A DNA stretch of 64,000 nt, taken from positions 160,001-224,000 of the IMG/VR virus record IMGVR_UViG_3300029374_000001, one strand, 5' to 3'. The translations under genes and the position numbers were made by a program. Shown here piece by piece: positions 58,601 to 64,000 of the stretch. The notes under the pieces are model-generated. The model was not told where the DNA came from, made no database searches, and saw only the letters and a program-made list of their open reading frames with translations. Numbering within the stretch: position 1 is the first letter of the stretch; every line of letters begins with the position of its first letter. Source of the stretch: a virus.

Positions 58601-61015
58601 AGTACAATTAAAGATGATACGTCTAAGTATGCTGTACAACTAACCAACGTTAATAAAGATAAATATATTGGCAAAGATGTTATTCTGAAAGGAATGAGCG
58701 TATTTAAGAATAATACATTCGTTACTGATCATATTATCATGAGTAGAGATATTTATGATAAGATGGATTATAAGAATAATACGCATGTCATTCTCTTTAA
58801 ACGTGGTATGCTTCCTAAATGGTATAATACTATTAAATATACCAATGATCAGTTTTATTTCAAAGATTTACCTAGATCTGGTGATAATAAAGTTACTTTT
58901 GTTCATACAGAAAATCAGACTATTTTTGCAGAGTGTAATGGTATGGTATACGATAGTAGAACGAATCCTGGCGGATTTATGACGGAAGATGGATCTGAAA
59001 TTAAAGTATGGGTTGTAGCTGATCCTGGATATTTTGCTGGCGAACCAAATATGACAGATGGTATTATTTATGAAAATACAAGTCTGTCTGCTACAGATGC
59101 TATTCCAATGATTAGAACAGTTAGAATTATTCCATCTGCCCATCAGACAATTCGTGTAACGATAGTAGGTAATGATATGAAGCCTGGTTCGGTTAGTCCT
59201 GGAACAGAATATATATGTAAAGATACAGAAGTATCGTTTACTGTTCCATATGCTACAAAGATTAAAGCATCCATTAGTGCGGATACTGGATATGATGTAG
59301 GTAAATTGAACTTAACCGAAGTAACTGTTAAAGCAGATACTACGATTAGAGCATCGGTAGCAAATCTTCATATATACAATATCGTATTACGCAATCTGGA
59401 TCCTGTCAATCAGGATTTCAAAGCAGTATGCAATGGTAAAACATATACCACTACATTTACTGGAACATATAGTCAGACATATACGTTATCTGCCACATCT
59501 AAGAAAAAAGGATATTCTCCTGGACGTATCACAGATCCTGGAAATGGAGTTATTACAAAAGATACTGTATGTACGGTCGGAGCAGTTATTCTTAAGGAAT
59601 ATACCATAAAGATTTTGCCCACTGATAATCAACTCTTAGAAGTTATTTATAAAGGCAAGACGTATTATGAACGAGACTCTTTCCATGTAAATTATGGAGA
59701 TACGTATAATGTCTCTGTAACTTCGGATAATGGATATAATGCAGGTAAACCTAAAGCATCCGATAATGGTTTAGGAAGTATTCATGTACAGAATGACAAT
59801 GAAAAGCAACGTCAAATCTTAACAGCTACTGGTACTGTAGGAGATAACGGAGAAATTGTTATTAGTGCAGAACCCGCTGTAAGAAAGATGTATACAATCA
59901 ATATTCAACAGTCCGATCATCAGACGATTGAAGTTGTCTATAATGGACAGCCACATACCAATACATTTGAAGTTCCATATGGAGCTGAAATTACTACAAG
60001 AATTGTCAATGTAGAAACTGGTTATAATGCTGGTAAAGTTAATATTGATAAGACAACTGTTACATCTAATATTACAATTATGGCTACACCGGCCGTACTT
60101 AACTGGTATACAGTTCATATCATTCAATCAGCACATCAGACTGTATTTGTAGAATCTGATGGTGCGGATCATACTTCAGATTATGGTATACGTGCTGGAA
60201 CACAATGGTATGCTCGAGTTATTCCAGAACAGGGATATCTCTCGCCTGGCTTAAATGGTCCATCTTCTGGAGTTATATCTTCAGATATAACAGTTTCTGC
60301 ACAAGAGGCTCAGATTGCTCCAAACAATAAGACTTTCCATATGCTCAAAGCTCGATATGATCGTGGAGCTGGATATTGTAGTTTCTATACTGACGATAGA
60401 TTAGAATATGGCGGAAGTATGATGGATGAAGTTGGATGGGTCGAACCTAATAGAATTTTGGAAAGTAATGGTTATAAAGTTTGTATAGAAGCATTTTATA
60501 GTAGAATGTACAACGGCTGGCGTCCGCCGAATGAATATAATTTATACCCGCAAGAATATAAAAAAACTGGAAAGCATAAATATACTGGAGGCTGGTGGGT
60601 ATATCGAACATATTTCAATATATCTAATGAAGACGGTGGTAAAGATGCATACCGAGTACAAAAAGTTAAAATTCATGCAGTTACTCCATTATCATCTTAT
60701 AATCATACAGATTTTAGCGATATTGTTATGGATAAATACTATGTGGATAAATTTAATAGAGAATGTGATCCGCTATATGATGAAGATAGAGTATATCATC
60801 GATTAGATCCTGCTTATCTTCGTACAGAGCGCGGCGGATATTGGGGCAAAATTTTCTATTATGATACGATTATTAAATTTGCTGGTTGGCCAGATCCATC
60901 GTCAAGAGATCCTTCAAAATATAGAGAAAATGGATTTAACTTATGGGGAATCGAGGGCATGAATCGCGATACCCTAATAGATACTCAATTTACATTTGAA
61001 TTATTTGGTATTTAG
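55685..61015 (+). CDS. giant tail fibre / host-recognition protein (1776 aa): N-terminal LamG/concanavalin-like domain, ~6 tandem Ig-like ~95-aa repeats, distinct C-terminal domain
   Basis: LamG-like region TISVWFNSDP...LYLNGQLVSTL...GYLDDLVVM; repeats YT(I/V)x(I/V)xQSxHQT(I/V)xV...PYG..I...GY(N/D)AGK.N. Confidence 0.6.
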   Translation: MDYDVLINLRFRKNEGSTDLAKTTWNSMVIHKNVRTESIDYSAAGRFTGECAYFDGEISQLKKMNGGKFTINGTTDMTISVWFNSDPTESNLNQYFINGNSLNKTDNNSFYMKYDDVHHTLKLVLVDRAHRKIESNDISALYKKNEWNHIAAIRSNGQTGLYLNGQLVSTLNGASAIYEFTSSVCMVGKGYDEDHLIFGTMKGYLDDLVVMRHALTINADSTIDVPTDYLMNIIDPALTEESPENIWTEDEREYSRYDDIVNTIEWKRFNTKRAIYYRQHGLIPYRLNEVYEPIDTNIPDWIRPVIHGAYSVLDKVSYNSGDLYASNKNKNDSIPGTNKDWTQIDWASNNHPTWSLRKAMYKYMQKCIYKKRVYQSQINYNKDVPCYWLKVDETEVDVPEDTPKWTDYDVYKENDLVRYNDIAYQSTIANNINHTPGDISKWKEVGGSLSSLEDWSEPNPFMKGDIVKQDGVLYYSNVDDNIFEPKTHIVQWTPFLAWKMCTYTNTYQKGDKVDYNGQTFVCTQNESHLAPDEYRSRFFYKSLVNNNKAIPGASSSWKRIYESDLTVDQIQRASEHKKGVSYNKNTLVKVTDGDWYLTTNADIYAKDGVFVVNRDYNAIGIRLYSAVDNFFLSNNINRQKFNMNYLTAYKTKWIGGYMLMINGKFIPWEDINVVRSDRYVTLFVSKLPRQTQIKKVDLIHIPFRVTYSDHGFIPEKGIKLFGFEKNKSCGNDYIISTTNTNVRCLEYSGTRFDNLYLDTNLTHKITKANIYVFKEDGTLIDQDKYTISAANIFNMTTDGKTKYRVIVIWYINENQSEDNLSLIPNMEDVRKYVIYPDTDQDKAPISLQYLKTEFDFGHVHQKTFDDNIDTSMGYIFGYNKNKYDEVYEHVRPVNMEEYSEETMNCLKRTIKILLTENDLDVLLHSYVMVNDYTLVELTEQNKNKFLNKTIFMKLRKEIPIRITSSNVNKLIGSTIKDDTSKYAVQLTNVNKDKYIGKDVILKGMSVFKNNTFVTDHIIMSRDIYDKMDYKNNTHVILFKRGMLPKWYNTIKYTNDQFYFKDLPRSGDNKVTFVHTENQTIFAECNGMVYDSRTNPGGFMTEDGSEIKVWVVADPGYFAGEPNMTDGIIYENTSLSATDAIPMIRTVRIIPSAHQTIRVTIVGNDMKPGSVSPGTEYICKDTEVSFTVPYATKIKASISADTGYDVGKLNLTEVTVKADTTIRASVANLHIYNIVLRNLDPVNQDFKAVCNGKTYTTTFTGTYSQTYTLSATSKKKGYSPGRITDPGNGVITKDTVCTVGAVILKEYTIKILPTDNQLLEVIYKGKTYYERDSFHVNYGDTYNVSVTSDNGYNAGKPKASDNGLGSIHVQNDNEKQRQILTATGTVGDNGEIVISAEPAVRKMYTINIQQSDHQTIEVVYNGQPHTNTFEVPYGAEITTRIVNVETGYNAGKVNIDKTTVTSNITIMATPAVLNWYTVHIIQSAHQTVFVESDGADHTSDYGIRAGTQWYARVIPEQGYLSPGLNGPSSGVISSDITVSAQEAQIAPNNKTFHMLKARYDRGAGYCSFYTDDRLEYGGSMMDEVGWVEPNRILESNGYKVCIEAFYSRMYNGWRPPNEYNLYPQEYKKTGKHKYTGGWWVYRTYFNISNEDGGKDAYRVQKVKIHAVTPLSSYNHTDFSDIVMDKYYVDKFNRECDPLYDEDRVYHRLDPAYLRTERGGYWGKIFYYDTIIKFAGWPDPSSRDPSKYRENGFNLWGIEGMNRDTLIDTQFTFELFGI

Positions 61016-61030
61016 GAGGTAGAAATATAA

Positions 61031-64000
61031 ATGTCAGATAAAACTTACAATTACTCTACCACTAATATCAAGGGGTATGAGGTTTGTTATTTCAGAAATA
61101 TCTGCAACGAAATTATTCCTTATCCTGTAGATGGGTTAGATTATCTGCCTATAGATAATGGATACTATTACATTGCACAAGAAGATATTATTCTTTATAC
61201 TACGGTTAAGGGCGAATATAATCTTTGCCCTATACCGTATACTATAGATGCTATTAATAATAAAATCATTCCTAAGAATCCTAAATATAAGAAGCATAAA
61301 TTGTATTATGGATCTCGTAATCAGTTTATCTATAAACGAATTCCTATTATGACAAAGACGATGTCTTTACCATTACCCTATGCTTTCCGTTCTGGATACA
61401 ATCCAAACAATTATTTCATATTCTTAAATGGAAGACTATTAAACTCTGTATTCTATAAGATTATGATTCCTTCTTTAGATAATAATTTGATTGATCAGAA
61501 GGCTATCTATTTTACATCTGAATTAACCCCTCAGGATACATTAGATGTCTTCTATATTTCGAATAACTCATTTAATCGTATGAATGGTTCTGGTGACCTA
61601 GTTGTCAAACCATTCAAGATTAAAGCTACAGAACCTATACAAAGAAAGTTCTTAATTCCTGCTCCATATAAAGAATATCCTGTTCATGATTATAATTCAT
61701 TTATAGTTATTGCTCATGGAATTAGAATGTCTACTGATAAATATCATATCGTTAACGAAGATGATAAGTATTATATTGAATTCCCTGATGCGGATGATTA
61801 TCTGATTTATGATGATGATTTGGTATTCTTGTTTCCGTATTATAGAGCAGATTGGGAAACAACAGACGCTTTGTCTAAATCTAATACGTTAAACTTCATT
61901 ACAACGTATAAGAAGATGCCTATCGATACAGTAGAAATGACATTTGATGTTACTTCATTAGGAGATATTGTCAGCAATAATTCGGTCTATGTATTTACAG
62001 GCACAAAGTTATTAAACTCTAATGAGTATACGTTTACTGCTCCTAATAAAATTCATTTTCGTCATGTAGTTCCTGCGAATACAGAAGTTGCATTGGTTAT
62101 AGAAACAGATAGAGATAAGATTGAAGATAATAATGCATTTGTTAATTATGTCAATCTCCCAGTAGTGACTGATGGACAATGGGCATTGCAATTACCATTC
62201 TCTGATAATCCGAAGTCATATATCTTCTTTAGAAAAGGAGAATTGATTCCTCAGTCTCATTACTCTATCGTAAATAATCAATTCATTTTAGGAAGAAACT
62301 ATAACAACTTACATGCTGGAGAAACTATAACTGCTATTTATACTACAGACGGTTCTGATAACTTCAATAATGTAAACTTCCATTCTTATGAATTGGTAGC
62401 TAAAGAAGACGATCAGATTCAAATCCCCAATGAAGTAAGTTTGAGATATTCTACTTCTAATATTTTTGTCTTTATTAATAATGGATTTGTATCTCCTGCT
62501 CATTATAGTATAGCTGGGAATACCCTGAAGTTTAAAGAGAAGAATATCTTAACTAAGAATGATGATATCAATATCTTCTTATTATATAAGACGATTAATT
62601 CTCTCAGAGTACCCTATAAAGTTTCTGATAAAGATCGTATACAGTTTGTAGAGCGTCATCAAGTAGCAGAAGAGGACAATCAAAAGACATTTGAAATTCC
62701 TTATCCCGATAAAGAATTGACTGGATATTCAGATGCTCCATATATGATCTTCTTAAGAGGATTATTTGTTCCGGAATCTCAATATACCCAGACAGAAAAT
62801 AAAGATACGGATAAAAAATACATTACCTTTATAGATGATCTGGATAGTATTAAACAAGGAGATCAGATTGATTTTGTATTCTGTTATACTCCAGGATATA
62901 CAACGATCACTAAGAAGGAATACAATACTGAATTAACCTATGAAGAAACTTCTTCTATTAAACTTCCCTATGTATATATAGAACCGATCAATTTATCCGA
63001 ACGAGTTATGCTATTCTATGGTGGATCTTATATAGATGCTTCCAGATATACAATAGATAGAAATACTCGTATCGTAAAATTCAAAGACTTACCTTATGAA
63101 AAAGATAAGAAAAGAACTATAACGGCCGTATTCTTCTATACTGGAAATACCAATATAGGTACTGTAGGGTATATTCCTCAGTCTGGTTATATTTATTTTG
63201 ATGACCATCAGATTGATCGTAATCTAAATAAAGAAATGCTAATGATCTTTGTTAATGGTTTATTGGTTCCTAAATCCAATGTATTTGATATATCTAATTC
63301 TGTTAAGAAAGTAACCAGAAATCTAAAGACAAGATATGATCTGAATATCATTAATTGTTCTCCATTGGTTACAGAATTTAAGAAGCTGTATGATCCTAAG
63401 AATAATGCGTTGCATTATACGGTAAAAGTCGTACAGACTCCTAATCAGAAAATTACTATATCCAGCACATTATCTGGTAAGAAATATCATACTTCTTTCG
63501 TAGCACAAGAAAAAGATAGTCTATATATGACTATAGAAGCAGATACAGGATATAAACCTGGTAAAACTATGATTAATGGAACTCCGGGATATTATTATAG
63601 TAATTTAAATAAAGATTTGGTTGTTACGGCCACACCAGCTACATCAGTACAAATGTATACGGTAACTGTAGAACAGACTCCAAATCAGATTATTTCTGTT
63701 ACATGTAATGGAAATGTATATGTAGATTCATTTAAAGCGCCTGCTGGATCTAAATTTACTGTTAAAGTAAGTGGATCCAGAGATGGATATATTCCTGGTA
63801 ATCCGAATATAAAATCTGGAACGGTCAATGGTAATATAACCATCAAAGCCAATCCGGCTACAGTTAAGACCTTTACAATAAAGATCTTAGATCTGAATTT
63901 GGATAAACAGAGAGTATATTTATCTATTACAGATCCCGGAGGCCACACCAACGAATTTAATGCTCCATGTACCGTAGAGGGCGTTAAATATGGATCTCAG
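61031..64000 (+). CDS. second giant fibre-like structural protein (partial, continues past window end) sharing the Ig-like repeat module in its C-terminal part
   Basis: Uninterrupted frame from ATG 61031 to window end; RBS aggaggtag; repeats YTVKVVQTPNQKITIS..., YTVTVEQTPNQIISV... Confidence 0.55.
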   Translation, partial: MSDKTYNYSTTNIKGYEVCYFRNICNEIIPYPVDGLDYLPIDNGYYYIAQEDIILYTTVKGEYNLCPIPYTIDAINNKIIPKNPKYKKHKLYYGSRNQFIYKRIPIMTKTMSLPLPYAFRSGYNPNNYFIFLNGRLLNSVFYKIMIPSLDNNLIDQKAIYFTSELTPQDTLDVFYISNNSFNRMNGSGDLVVKPFKIKATEPIQRKFLIPAPYKEYPVHDYNSFIVIAHGIRMSTDKYHIVNEDDKYYIEFPDADDYLIYDDDLVFLFPYYRADWETTDALSKSNTLNFITTYKKMPIDTVEMTFDVTSLGDIVSNNSVYVFTGTKLLNSNEYTFTAPNKIHFRHVVPANTEVALVIETDRDKIEDNNAFVNYVNLPVVTDGQWALQLPFSDNPKSYIFFRKGELIPQSHYSIVNNQFILGRNYNNLHAGETITAIYTTDGSDNFNNVNFHSYELVAKEDDQIQIPNEVSLRYSTSNIFVFINNGFVSPAHYSIAGNTLKFKEKNILTKNDDINIFLLYKTINSLRVPYKVSDKDRIQFVERHQVAEEDNQKTFEIPYPDKELTGYSDAPYMIFLRGLFVPESQYTQTENKDTDKKYITFIDDLDSIKQGDQIDFVFCYTPGYTTITKKEYNTELTYEETSSIKLPYVYIEPINLSERVMLFYGGSYIDASRYTIDRNTRIVKFKDLPYEKDKKRTITAVFFYTGNTNIGTVGYIPQSGYIYFDDHQIDRNLNKEMLMIFVNGLLVPKSNVFDISNSVKKVTRNLKTRYDLNIINCSPLVTEFKKLYDPKNNALHYTVKVVQTPNQKITISSTLSGKKYHTSFVAQEKDSLYMTIEADTGYKPGKTMINGTPGYYYSNLNKDLVVTATPATSVQMYTVTVEQTPNQIISVTCNGNVYVDSFKAPAGSKFTVKVSGSRDGYIPGNPNIKSGTVNGNITIKANPATVKTFTIKILDLNLDKQRVYLSITDPGGHTNEFNAPCTVEGVKYGSQ

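Noticed and set aside
1-64000. tRNA/rRNA genes, integrase or attachment sites
   Set aside because: Nothing resembling tRNA cloverleaf-conserved motifs, rRNA, or tyrosine/serine recombinase signatures was seen by eye. A tRNAscan/Infernal run would be needed to exclude small RNAs.

Overview
This window is AT-rich (about 30% GC) with dense Shine-Dalgarno-type ribosome binding sites, consistent with a large virulent tailed phage of a Firmicutes-type host. It is not a bacterial chromosome segment.

Genes I can recognise:
- A contractile-tail and virion module: gp25-like baseplate protein, putative tail sheath with internal tandem repeats, putative tube, Gly-rich fibre, and two giant LamG/Ig-repeat fibre proteins.
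- A terminase large subunit that appears split by an ORF-less intron of about 300 nt.
- A replication and recombination block: DnaB-like helicase, Dda/RecD-like SF1 helicase, type II topoisomerase (GyrB-ATPase plus TOPRIM), Mre11/SbcD-like and Rad50/SbcC-like proteins, a RecB/Cas4-family PD-(D/E)XK nuclease, a DHH-DHHA1 phosphoesterase and a ParB-like nuclease-domain protein.
- A membrane-anchored glucosaminidase lysin.
- A tubulin/FtsZ-superfamily (PhuZ/TubZ-like) protein.
- An N-terminal fragment of a multisubunit RNA polymerase beta-prime subunit. Its catalytic DxDGD motif is interrupted by a group I intron whose conserved P/Q/R/S elements can be read directly. A free-standing HNH homing endonuclease follows.

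The most unusual locus lies at about 9.6-12.9 kb. It contains a higher-GC gene for an IS110-type Transposase_20 helix-hairpin-helix domain protein that lacks the DEDD catalytic domain. This is followed by a roughly 2.2-kb non-coding head-to-tail array of about 60 degenerate 36-bp units, each made of two 18-bp half-units with alternating core hexamers GTAWCA and GARTCA. The array ends in a perfect palindrome.

At least seven intergenic regions carry the same sigma-A-like promoter, TTTGTAATCTA-N(10-12)-TTATATATTATATAG. There is also a family of GC-clamped hairpin terminators with a 'ctatatag' centre. The split-RNAP, intron-rich, AT-rich features are reminiscent of jumbo Bacillus-type phages, but that assignment is inference only.
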